The position numbers and the translations under genes are program-made. A DNA stretch of 64,000 bases, from the NCBI GenBank assembly GCA_963840405.1, contig CAWIYW010000005.1, positions 75,226 through 139,225 on the forward strand, in the 5' to 3' direction. The DNA is from an uncultured Gammaproteobacteria bacterium (GTDB lineage Bacteria; Pseudomonadota; Gammaproteobacteria; Steroidobacterales; Steroidobacteraceae). Numbering within the stretch: position 1 is the stretch's first letter; each line of letters starts with the position of its first letter. Positions 9,211 through 19,092 of the stretch are shown one piece after another. The notes under the pieces were generated by a model. It had not been told where the DNA came from. It saw only the letters and a list, made by a program, of their open reading frames with translations, and made no database searches.

Positions 9211-10038
9211 GTGCACATGACGCGGGAAGAAGCGAGCGTGCGTACGAGATCACGCACACGTGGCAGGCAGCGCCGGAGTCCTCTCACAGGTGTGCCGAAA
9301 AAAGCACCGCGTGACGGGTCGAGCGCCACTCAAGAGGCGAAGGGCGCTGACGGGTCGGCCAACGTGCGCAAGCGCACTATCCAGGAGCTTGTGTACGAGG
9401 AGCTGCGACGAAGCCTGATGACCGGGGTGTTCACTCCCGGAGAGAAGATCAGCCTCCGTCGCCTGACCGAGCAGACCGGCACGAGCATGATGCCCGTTCG
9501 CGAGGCAGTGAATCGACTGATCGCCGAACGCGCGTTGCAGGTCGTCCCCAAACGGCAAGTCATCGTGCCGATGATGACCGCGGAGAAATTCGACGAGATC
9601 ACCCGCTGGCGCGTGGAGCTCGAGACCGCGGCGGCGCGAACCGCCTGTCGGAAAATCACGCCGGAAATCACCAGTCGACTCGAGCAGATCAATGCGAAGA
9701 TCGTGGAAGCCGTCCAGAACGATCACAAGGAAGAACTGCTACCGCTCAACTACGAGTTTCATTTCACGATCTATCGCGCCGCGCAACTCGAGGTGCTGCT
9801 GCCGATCATCGAGAGCCTGTGGCTTCAGGCAGGCCCGTTTACCTATTACTCGACGCCCTCTCCCCGCGCCTTGTGGGATGTGCGGCATCACCGCGATCTG
9901 ATCACGGCGCTGCAGCGCCAGGACGAGAACGCCGCAGGAGAAGCGCTCTCACAGGACATCGTCACTGCCAGCCAATTCCTCAAGCGCAGCGGGCACTTCG
10001 CGAAGCCGCGCATGCGGCAGGTATCCCTTCGAGACTGA
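9211..10038 (+). CDS. GntR-family transcriptional regulator (FadR/FCD subfamily)
   Basis: The winged helix-turn-helix reads 'ISLRRLTEQTGTSMMPVREAVNRLIAERAL', followed by an all-helical FCD-like C-terminal domain. The start is uncertain: ATG 9211 gives an Arg/Ser-rich 50-aa leader, and the in-frame GTG at 9364 is an alternative. Confidence 0.8.
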   Translation: MHMTREEASVRTRSRTRGRQRRSPLTGVPKKAPRDGSSATQEAKGADGSANVRKRTIQELVYEELRRSLMTGVFTPGEKISLRRLTEQTGTSMMPVREAVNRLIAERALQVVPKRQVIVPMMTAEKFDEITRWRVELETAAARTACRKITPEITSRLEQINAKIVEAVQNDHKEELLPLNYEFHFTIYRAAQLEVLLPIIESLWLQAGPFTYYSTPSPRALWDVRHHRDLITALQRQDENAAGEALSQDIVTASQFLKRSGHFAKPRMRQVSLRD

Positions 10039-10154
10039 TGCCAGCGGGGGCGCAATCCGCGCTCTCGCGCCCCCGGCCAAGCCCGGACCCTGGGCGTTCG
10101 ATGTCCATGGCGCGTCGAGAGTCGCGTTGACATCCTCCAAAACCGCGATCTAAG

Positions 10155-10180
10155 ATTTGATCACAAAGTTTGATCACATT
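10155..10180. promoter_or_regulatory. Operator-like tandem TGATCACA site (copy B), 30 nt upstream of the TonB-dependent receptor gene
   Basis: The sequence is ATTTGATCACAAAGTTTGATCACATT. It matches copy A (5329-5354) at 23 of 26 positions and sits at a similar distance from the downstream start codon. Confidence 0.6.
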
Positions 10181-10209
10181 TACCGGCGCCATCCTTGGGG
10201 GAGAAAAAC

Positions 10210-12422
10210 GTGAGCCTGAAAGCCCGCAAGTCCATCAGTGCTCTTGTAGTCGCAGTTGCCGGATTAGCCGCGGTTGCCGGTTGGTCTGAGTCAAATGCCC
10301 AGAATCGCCAGGCTTTGGAGGGGGTCTCGGAGGAGATCGTAGTCACCGCGCAGAGGCGGGAGCAGTCGGCGCAGGATGTTCCGATCAGCCTCACTGTATT
10401 TTCGTCAGAGCAGCTGAAGGAGCTCGGGGTCGAGAGCACGGTCGATCTCGCCGGCTTCACTCCCGGTCTGACCATCGGGCAAAACACTGGGGACGGGGAT
10501 TTCGCATTCGTATCGCTTCGCGGCGTCACGATGAGAGATTTCGCCGACACCAACGAGAGCCCTTCCGCCGTTTACCTCAACGAGTTCTACAAGGCGAACC
10601 TGATGGGACTCGACCAGCAACTTTTCGACATCGGTCGCGTGGAAGTGCTGCGCGGCCCGCAGGGAACTCTGTATGGCCGCAATACCACCGGCGGGTTGAT
10701 CCACTACGTGGCCAGCAGGCCGACGCGGGAGTTGGACGGATACGTGGACCTGACCTACGGAGACTACAACCAGGTCAAGGTGGAGGGAGCGCTGAGCGGC
10801 CCCATCGGCGATACCTTCTCGGCGCGTCTCTCGGCGCTGCACAACGAGCACGACGGCTGGCTCGACAATGTCTTTGCCGGAAACGAGGACGGCAATGCGC
10901 TCGATGCGACGTCCGTGCGGGGGCAGCTGCTCTTCAATCCATCGGAGGATTCGGAGTTCTTGCTCCTCGCGCAATACGCCTACAACGACAATGAGGCGGG
11001 GAACATGTTTCCGAGTGTGGCCGTGACGCAGGATCCCGTAACGGGGCTGGCCGTGCCCAATCCCGGCGGACCGGGTTTTGCGGGATACATCGAGGCGACC
11101 CCGGACGATCCGCGCGATACCAATTCAAATCGTGACATCGCCCTCGAGACTGACCAGTTCACAGTGATCGGCCTCGGGAAGTGGCGCTTCGGCGATCTCG
11201 AGCTCGTCTCGGTGACGGGTTACGAGGAAACGTCGAAGGATGGAATGTCCGACAGCGACGGCACACCGTTCAACCTCGGCACGGAAGTGCACCCACGCGC
11301 CGACCAGTTCTCGCAGGAATTTCGGCTCTCTGGGTCGACGGAGAAGTTGGAATGGTTGACGGGTGTCTACTATTTCGCCTACGACATCGATGGCATGCAA
11401 AGGCGCTGTCAACCCGGTACGTGTGATGCTCTGCGCGACCCCGTTCTCTATGATCTCGAGACACGATCCTGGGCCGCCTTCGCCAACGTCGACTTCGCAT
11501 TGACGTCGAACATCGGTCTCACCACCGGCCTTCGCTACACTCAGGAGGACAAGGAATACGAGCTCAACAATAGGACTTCGGGATCATCTTCAGCCAGGCC
11601 ACCGTCGGTGATCTGGCCAAGCAGGACGACGACGATGTCAGCTTCAATGTGCGGCTGAATTGGACGCCCAGCGACAATGTCCTGACGTATGCAGGCGTCG
11701 CCCGCGGTTACAAGGCCGGCACGTTCAACGTCGGCTTCACTCCGATAGCAACCGACGCCATTCCCGTCGATCCAGAGGAGCTGACGAGCTATGAAGTGGG
11801 ATTGAAATCGTCAAACTCGAACGACACGCTCCAGGTCAACGGCGCAGTGTTCTACTACGATTATCAGGATTCCCAGGCATTCCAGTTTGATGGTCAAACC
11901 CTGAGCGCAACGACGTTCAACCGGGATGCGGAAATCACCGGGGCGGAACTGGAAGTCACAGCCAGGCCGACGACGCGTCTCAGCCTGAGGCTCGCATTGA
12001 CCTATCTGGATGATGCGACACTCAAGGACGTCGAGCTGCCGGGACCGGGGTTCGCGGGACTGCCGCCCACCGACACTCGAATGCCACTGACTCCTGAGTG
12101 GGACGTTGCGGGACTGGTTCGATACGAGTTCGGCGTTCCGTGGGGCGGTCGCCTCGCGCTGCAGGCGGCCGCCAACTACCTCTCGGAGCAGTTTTTCGAC
12201 GCGTTCAACAGCCCATCGCATTTAGAATCGAGCTATACGACAGTGGATGCCCGGGTGAGCTGGTACAGCGAGGACGACAAGTGGAAGGTATCCGTGTTCG
12301 CGGAGAATCTGACCGACGAGGAGTACCGGACGTACGCATTCGACCTGGCCTTCCTCGGGTTTGCGACGGACGTCTACGGCAAGCCGCGCTGGGTCGGAGG
12401 GACGGTCAGCTACAACTGGTAA
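10210..12422 (+). pseudogene. TonB-dependent outer-membrane receptor, interrupted by one frameshift near 11570
   Basis: It has a signal peptide and a plug region ('EEIVVTAQRREQSAQDVPISLTVF'). The barrel continues in another frame ('DFGIIFSQATVGDLAKQDDDDVSFNVRLNW...') and ends with the typical aromatic terminus 'VSYNW'. The two ORFs (10195-11658 and 11649-12422) join only with a 1-nt correction around AACAATAGGAC. Confidence 0.8.
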
Positions 12423-12433
12423 GGTAGCGGCTG

Positions 12434-13711
12434 GTGATCACTCAGAAAGAGAACCAGCTGCTAACCGACATACTCCCGGGGAGTGCCGCTGGCGACCTCG
12501 TTCGGCGCTATTGGCAGCCAGTGGCACTGGTCGACGAGATCCGCGATGACCGGCCGCTCGTACCCGTCACGCTGATGGGCGAGCGGCTCGTCCTCTTCAG
12601 GGAAGAGCAGGGCCGGTACGGACTCCTGGAGCGGCACTGCCCGCATCGCGGGGCGGACCTGTGCTTCGGGCGGCTCGAGGACGGCGGCCTGCGATGCGCG
12701 TTTCACGGCTGGCTCTTCGACGTCACTGGGCAGTGTCTCGAGCAGCCGGCCGAGCCGGCAGGCAGCCGCTCGCATCAACACCTGAAGCATCGCGCCTATC
12801 CGTGCCTGGAACGCAATGGGATCGTGTTCGCCTACTTGGGTGCGGGCTCGCCGCCGCCGCTGGGAGATTTTGACTGCTTTACGGCGCCGTCCGAGTACAC
12901 GTTCGCCTTCAAGGGGCTGATCGAGTGCAACTGGCTCCAGGCGGTCGAGGTCGGTATCGATCCTGCACATGCTTCGTTCCTGCACCGTTTTCTCGAAGAT
13001 GAAACACCCGACGCTGCCTACGGCAAGCAGTTCCGCGGGACGGTGAACACCGGGGTTCCGCTGACGCGGGTTCTGCGCGAGCATCAGCGTCCGGAAATTT
13101 CCGTGCAGGAGATCGACTATGGCCTGCGCATCATCACGACACGCGATGTGGATGCCGCGCAGCGGCATTACCGCGTCACGAATCTGGTCTTTCCGAACGC
13201 GATCGTGATTCCCATGAGCGACGAAATGACCATCACGCAGTGGCACGTTCCGATCGATAACCACTCATGCTACTGGTACGCGATCTTCACCAGCTTCGGG
13301 GCGCCGGTGGAGAAGGAGCGAATGCGTGAGCAGCGCCTGGCACTCTACGAGCTGCCCGAGTATCGGCCGCGGCTGAACCGGTCCAACGACTATGGTTTCA
13401 GTGCGGAGGAGCAGAAGACCCAGACCTACACCGGCATGGGCACGGACATCAATGTGCACGACCAGTGGGCGGTGGAGTCGATGGGCGCGATTCAGGATCG
13501 GACGCGGGAGCACCTTGGCAAGTCCGACGTTGCCATCGTGAAGTTCAGGAAAATGTTGAAGAGTGCAATCGCGAACGGGCAACCGCCGCAACCGACACAG
13601 GCGAACCCTGTCGCAGTCGACCTCATCGGTGAAAGCGGCAACGAGGACTGCTGGATGGAGTTCGACCGTCACCGCCGGGCGCGGGCCGAATGGACGGCAA
13701 ATCGCCGATGA
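12434..13711 (+). CDS. Rieske [2Fe-2S] non-heme-iron oxygenase, alpha-subunit-only type (phthalate-family-like)
   Basis: The Rieske motif is 'CPHRGADLCFG...LRCAFHGWLF'. The catalytic domain shows 'DPAHASFLH'. No beta subunit or reductase gene is adjacent. Confidence 0.8.
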   Translation: MITQKENQLLTDILPGSAAGDLVRRYWQPVALVDEIRDDRPLVPVTLMGERLVLFREEQGRYGLLERHCPHRGADLCFGRLEDGGLRCAFHGWLFDVTGQCLEQPAEPAGSRSHQHLKHRAYPCLERNGIVFAYLGAGSPPPLGDFDCFTAPSEYTFAFKGLIECNWLQAVEVGIDPAHASFLHRFLEDETPDAAYGKQFRGTVNTGVPLTRVLREHQRPEISVQEIDYGLRIITTRDVDAAQRHYRVTNLVFPNAIVIPMSDEMTITQWHVPIDNHSCYWYAIFTSFGAPVEKERMREQRLALYELPEYRPRLNRSNDYGFSAEEQKTQTYTGMGTDINVHDQWAVESMGAIQDRTREHLGKSDVAIVKFRKMLKSAIANGQPPQPTQANPVAVDLIGESGNEDCWMEFDRHRRARAEWTANRR

Positions 13712-15163
13712 GCGCGCGAAGTGTAGGCTTCATCGAGCGGCACGGTCTCTGGACCGCCGCGCAGAAAAGCGCGGCCGCAGACGTTCGCAAGGCGGTTGCG
13801 GAGCAGGGCATCGAGTCGGTGCGAGTCGCCTTCGCGGATCAGCACGGAATTCTGCGCGGCAAGACGTATACCTCCAGGGCGTTCGAATCGGTGCTCGCGG
13901 ACGGATGCGCGATCACCTCAACGCTCCTGCTGAAGGACACCTCGCACCGGACGGCGTTTTCCATCTGGCAGAAGGAAGGTGGACTCGATCCGACACGACT
14001 GGTCGGCGCGAGTGATTTCATTCTCGTTCCGGATCCTGGCACGTTTCGGCCGATACCCTGGGCGAAGAAATCCGCGTGGATATTATGCGATGGCTACTAT
14101 CGCGACGGCACGGCCGTGCCGTTTTCGACCCGGCACTTGCTCCGGAAAGTGCTGTCCAGTCTCGATGGTCTGGGATACTCCTACCTTGTGGGGATCGAAC
14201 TCGAATTCTCCGTGTACCGAATACTGGATGCCCACCTGACCCACGAGAGCTGTACTCACCCCGCGAGACCCCCGGAAGTCGCGCCGTTGACGCACGGCTA
14301 TCAGCATCTGACCGAGGGAAGGTACGACGACCTGGAGCCGGTGCTGGAGATTTTACGCGATGTGCTCGTCGCGCTCGGGTTGCCGTTGCGCACCCTGGAA
14401 GTGGAATTCGGGCCGAGCCAGGTGGAGCTGACGTTCGATCCTGTAGCAGGTATGGAAGGTGCGGACCAGGTGGTCCTAGCGCGCAGCACCATCAAGCAGG
14501 TGTGCAAGCGCCACGGCTACCACGCGACATTCATGACGCGTCCGGCATTCGCCAACGCATTTTCGAGCGGTTGGCATCTGCACCAGTCGCTGCTCGATCC
14601 GCAGCGGGCAAAATGCCTTCGCGAGCGACGAACCAGGAGAGTTGCTTTCGCCCACCGGGAAGAGCTATCTGGCGGGGCTTCTCGTGCATGCGAAGGACGC
14701 TTGTCTCCTCTCGACGCCGACGATCAACGGATACAAGCGCTACAGCCGTGCGCACGCTCTCGCGCCGAATCGCATTGTGTGGGGGAAGGATAATCGTGGC
14801 GCCATGCTGCGCGTCGTGGGTGAGCCCGGCGATCCGGCGACGCACATCGAGAACCGGATCGGCGAGCCCGCAGCGAATCCCTATCTCTATTTTGCTTCGC
14901 AGATCGTTTGCGGCGTGAACGGCATGGAACGGCACCTCGCGCCGCCGGCAGCCGTCGACTCACCCTACGATGATTCCTGGGAACGATTGCCGCGCAACAT
15001 TGCGGAGGCAATTGGCCATTTTCGAGGCAGCAAACTCTTGCGCCAGGCATTGGGGGACTCGTTCGTCGACTACTTCAGTCACATCAAGGAGTTCGAGTTG
15101 AAACGGTTTCTCGAAGAGGACGTAACCGATTGGGAACAGCGTGAGTACTTTACCAACTTCTAG
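13708..15163 (+). pseudogene. Glutamine-synthetase-family gamma-glutamyl ligase (GlnA/PuuA-like), one frameshift near 14608
   Basis: The N-terminal beta-grasp region reads 'VRVAFADQHGILRGK', followed by 'GIELEFSVY'. The C-terminal part is in another frame ('NAFASDEPGELLSPTGKSYLAGLL...NGYKRY...ENRIGEPAANPYL'). Its ATGA start overlaps the Rieske stop. Confidence 0.75.
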
Positions 15164-15656
15164 CGCCTCTATCCGCTTCGCCAAATGGCTGTTGGTCGCG
15201 ACTTCGGCGGTCTTCATGTCGCTCGTCGTGTTCAACAACGTGACCGACTACGACTCGAACCTTAAGTACGTCCACCACGTGCTGACAATGGATACGACCT
15301 TTCCCAACAACCGGGGCATGTGGCGACGGATCGAGCTCGGGAGCCTTCACCACGCTGCCTATCTGACCATCATATTGAGCGAGGCAGCTATCGCATTGTT
15401 GCTGTGGACCGGCGTCGTGCGGCTGTGGAGAAGCCGCGGTAATGCGCTCGACTTCAATCGCGCCAAGGCAGCGGCCGTGCTCGGGCTTGTGGGTGCGGTG
15501 GCACTCTTCTTCGGTGGTTTTCTGGCCGTGGGCGGCGAATGGTTTCTGATGTGGCAATCGGAAACGTGGAATAGCCAGGCGGAATCAGCGATGTTCGCAA
15601 CTCTCTACAGCCTGATCCTGCTGCTTGTCGCGCAGCGCGATGCCGACGATTCCTGA
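15141..15656 (+). CDS. Small integral membrane protein (DUF2165-like)
   Basis: It has four predicted transmembrane segments. The motif 'FNNVTDYDSNLKYVHHVLTMDTTF' is characteristic of that family as I recall it. The GTG start overlaps the preceding gene by 23 nt. Confidence 0.55.
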   Translation: MSTLPTSSASIRFAKWLLVATSAVFMSLVVFNNVTDYDSNLKYVHHVLTMDTTFPNNRGMWRRIELGSLHHAAYLTIILSEAAIALLLWTGVVRLWRSRGNALDFNRAKAAAVLGLVGAVALFFGGFLAVGGEWFLMWQSETWNSQAESAMFATLYSLILLLVAQRDADDS

Positions 15657-15666
15657 GTGTCGGTCA

Positions 15667-17183
15667 ATGAGTCTGAACCGACGCGAGTTCCTGCTTCGGT
15701 CGTCTTTGTTGCTCGCGACTTCAACGTCCGCATCGGCAACGCCGCGGTCCTCGGAGCGAAGCTCTCCAGCCAGTTCTCTAATTGAGTTGTCGGCGGCTGC
15801 TGCAGTGGCAGCGATCCGCGCCGGCGATCTGAAGGCCGAGGACTACGCCGCCGCGTTGCTCGATCGGGCCGCACGCCTCAAGGAGCTCAATGCATTCCTG
15901 ACGATACGACCTGACGAGGTCAGGGACAGCCGCACGCCACGCCGACAAGAAGCGAGCGGCGGGCCGCCCTCTTGGTTTGCTGCACGGATTGCCGCTCCCC
16001 GTGAAAGACAGCGTCAACACGAAGGAGCTACCCACGTCGAACGGTACTCGCGCCCTGCGCGATGTGATTCCGCGAAAGGATGCGAAGGTGCTCGAGTCGC
16101 TTTTCGCGCAGGGTGCGATCCTCATGGGCAAGACGAATCTGCACGAGCTTTCGTGGGGATGGACGAGCAACAACCACACCTTCGGGGCAGTACTCAATCC
16201 CTACGACCTGACTCGAACGCCCGGTGGCAGCAGCGGCGGTTCCGCGGCGGCGGTGGCCGCGCGCCTTGCACCGCTCGCGGTTGCCGAAGACACCTATGGA
16301 TCGATCCGCGTTCCAGCTGCTTTTTGTGGCCTTTCAGGACTGCGTCCGACGTTTGGCCGATATCCGGACGAAGGGATCCTGCCCCTGACACACGCGAAGT
16401 GCGACCAGGTCGGTCCGCTCGCACGCTCGGTCGAGGATCTGATCCTCTTCGACTCCGTAGCTGCCGGGGACAGCACTCCCGTGACAGCCGCGTCGCTGCG
16501 CGGTGTTCGAATCGGGGTATCTCCGGCCTTCTTGTCTGATGGGTTGGATCGGGAATCCGAACGACTTACGAACGAGGCGATCAGAAAGCTAAAAGATGCC
16601 GGCGTGCAGATCGTCGTCGCCGAACTGCCCGGGCCCTTGCGTCAGGCATCCGCGGTCGTGGGGGCTCTCATTCGCTATGAGGCGCTCGACAACTTTGGGA
16701 CGTACCTGAAGGAGGAGCGCACGGGCGTGACCCTCGACGAATTGATTTCGCAGGCCGGTGCGAATCTCGAATTCCTGCTCGCGATGGCCCGCAATCCGGG
16801 CCCTCGTGAGGCCTACCTGTCGTTCCTGGACCAGCAAGAAGAGGTCAAGCTCGCTGCAGCAGAATACTTTCGTGCCCACGAGATCGAGGCTCTGGTCTTT
16901 CCGCCCGTTACTGATGCCCGCCTTTCCGCAGGGTGATTCACCAGTGGTCAGAGTCGGCGATCGTGACGTGGATCAGCTCGAAGCGATTGGTCGCAATATG
17001 GGGCTCGGAAGCTGTGCGAGCCTAAGCTGCCTGGTACTGCCGATCGGGCTCACGAGGTCCGGGTTGCCGGTGGGACTCGAATTCGATGCGCCGTCGGGCA
17101 GCGATCGACGCCTGCTGGCTCTTGGCTTATCGCTCGAAAAGGCGCTCGGTCCGATCGCTCCTCCGGCACTCAATGTCGGCTGA
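15667..17183 (+). pseudogene. Tat-signal amidase (amidase-signature family), at least 2 frameshifts (~15925 and ~16915)
   Basis: 'MSLNRREFLL' is a twin-arginine signal. The amidase signature 'GGSSGGSAAAVAA...EDTYGSIRVPAAFCGL' lies in a second frame, and the C-terminal 'GLPVGLEFDAP...' in a third. Confidence 0.75.
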
Positions 17184-17605
17184 TGCGCTGTATCAAATCG
17201 TTAACGCATGGCCACGCACATGGGTCTATCTGATCGATCGGTTTGCTGAGGAGGCGAGGTCGCGTTGGCCCTCACTGTAAGCGAGGGCGAGATTGCTATC
17301 GATCACCTTTTGATCCCCGCAAATGCCGGGATTGACGACAGGCTGGCAGATTTCGAATGCCATTGGCGCGAGTTCATGGCGCTGAAGATTTCCGATCCCG
17401 AAGTGCTCGCAAGGCTCGAACTCGGGATCAACCATAAGCGGTCTCTCCATGCTGGCGAAAAGCATGCGCACCGCAGCTGAAGTCGGTACCGCAGTGCTTG
17501 CAGGACTCGCTCTTACTACGGGGAGAGGATTTTTTTTTGTGGGATCGGAACTGCCTTTCCCGTAGGCTCGGCGGCAGACGACAGGATCCGGCAAGGAGAG
17601 TTTCC

Positions 17606-18910
17606 ATGAGAAGACATCCGCAGACCGAGGGTCGGCTCCGCTCCCGCCTTGGCCTCGTGGCTTCATGGTGGCCGCTGGTAATGGTCGTCGTCTGGCTCGT
17701 CCTGGCACCGCCGGCCGACGCCCAGACGCTGGACGAGGCGGTGGCGAACCAGCTGAGCGGCGACTGTTTGGTCCTGGGAGGGGACGACACCGTGTTGGGC
17801 GCCGACCTCTTTGCGATCTGCAACCAGTCCTTCGGTTCGCCGACGGGGAACGCGAACAGCGGCGGAGCGGGGGCCTCGTCCCAGACGCTCGGGGTCTCGG
17901 TCGAGAACCGCCGGAAGTCACGCCTGGAGCAGGAGGGTACCGGGGAGGAGAAAAAGAAAGGAGCGGAGCCAGCCTCCGGGCAGGATGCGAGCCTGGCGAA
18001 GAGGTGGGGCTTCTTCGTCACGGGGAACGCCGAGGCGCTGGATCGGGAGCGGACCCGTTTCGCGGACGGGTTTGACTCGACGATCCAGGGGCTGTCCGTG
18101 GGCGGAGACTACCGCTTCAGCGATCGCATGATCGCGGGAGCCGCGCTCACCTATCTCCGGAACGACGGAGACTTCGACGCGGGTGGGGATTTCGACTCGG
18201 AATCGCAGGACATCACCCTCTACGCGTCGTTCGTGCCGTCGCCCGCGATGTTTTTCGACCTGTCGGCCGGCTTCGCCCGGAAGGACCATGGCGTGAACCG
18301 GAGAGCCAACTTCGTCGAGTTCGACAACGGGGGAAACACGAACACCTTCGACGGGATCGTGAACAGCGATACCGACGGGGACGAGATCAGCGTCCAGGGC
18401 TTGTTCGGCTATGACCGCTCGAAAGGGCGCTTCACCTACGGTCCGCGGGTCAGCCTCGGCTGGACCCGGACCCAAATCGACGGCTATTCCGAGGCGGGCG
18501 GCGGCGCGGGCACGGTTTCCGTCGGAGGGATCCGAGGGGCGGCCGGCCTGGCGCTCGTCTACGCGGACCAGGAGGCCGAATCCCTGCAGAGCGTCGTCGG
18601 CTTTCAGGGATCGGTCGCGTCGAGCAAGGGGTTCGGCGTGCTCGTCTTCCAGAGCAACGCGGACTACGTCCACGAATTCTCGAACTCGCAGCGCTTCGTC
18701 AACGTGCGGTTCGTGCAGGACCTCCGTCCGAACCCACAGACGTTCCGGTTCCAGACCGAAAAACCGGTCCGGGACTTCTTCAACCTCGGGGTCAGCCTCA
18801 TCGCCGTGCTCCCGAGCGGCGTCCAGCCGTTCGTCAACCTCCAGGCCATGATCGGGAACGAACAGTTCGACAACTACGCGGCGACCCTCGGCGTCCGGTT
18901 CGAGCTCTGA
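17606..18910 (+). CDS. Autotransporter-type outer-membrane beta-barrel protein with a very short passenger
   Basis: An AAGGAG RBS lies 6 nt upstream of the ATG. A signal peptide is followed by ~130 aa of Gly/charged-rich passenger, then a barrel with alternating-hydrophobic repeats ('LSVGGDYRFSDRMIAGAALTYLRNDGDFD...'). The terminal residue is L, not the usual F/W. Confidence 0.55.
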   Translation: MRRHPQTEGRLRSRLGLVASWWPLVMVVVWLVLAPPADAQTLDEAVANQLSGDCLVLGGDDTVLGADLFAICNQSFGSPTGNANSGGAGASSQTLGVSVENRRKSRLEQEGTGEEKKKGAEPASGQDASLAKRWGFFVTGNAEALDRERTRFADGFDSTIQGLSVGGDYRFSDRMIAGAALTYLRNDGDFDAGGDFDSESQDITLYASFVPSPAMFFDLSAGFARKDHGVNRRANFVEFDNGGNTNTFDGIVNSDTDGDEISVQGLFGYDRSKGRFTYGPRVSLGWTRTQIDGYSEAGGGAGTVSVGGIRGAAGLALVYADQEAESLQSVVGFQGSVASSKGFGVLVFQSNADYVHEFSNSQRFVNVRFVQDLRPNPQTFRFQTEKPVRDFFNLGVSLIAVLPSGVQPFVNLQAMIGNEQFDNYAATLGVRFEL

Positions 18911-19092
18911 GGAGCGCCCGAATCGGCGCCGTCCTCTGATCGAGCTCGGTGATCTGATGGGCGGCGCATCGCCAATTACGCCCCGAGCGTTCGAGCTCTC
19001 CTATTGTTGACGACCGATTCCGACCCCTTCACTTTTCGTCCGCGTCGGATTGCGCGCGTGATAGCGTCGAGGGAAGTTTCGAGGAGGCGCCC

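Noticed and set aside
8087-9259. Long antisense ORFs. Examples are 8087-9259(-) at 390 aa, 45121-46242(-) at 373 aa, 60967-62328(+) at 453 aa, 28747-29889(-) at 380 aa, 25060-26079(-) at 339 aa and 51202-52152(+) at 316 aa.
   Set aside because: Each lies exactly opposite a gene with clear family motifs. Their translations are Arg/Ala/Gly/Pro-rich low-complexity sequence, typical of shadow ORFs in high-GC DNA, and they have no motifs or RBS.
17184-17605. A lower-GC ~420-nt gap contains small ORFs on both strands: 17265-17480(+) at 71 aa, and the tail of 17226-17921(-) reading 'MERPLMVDPEFEPCEHFGIGNLQRHELAPMAFEICQPVVNPG...'.
   Set aside because: Neither has a recognisable family, signal or convincing RBS. 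Either could be a further gene remnant or pure non-coding DNA. The evidence is insufficient to call a feature.
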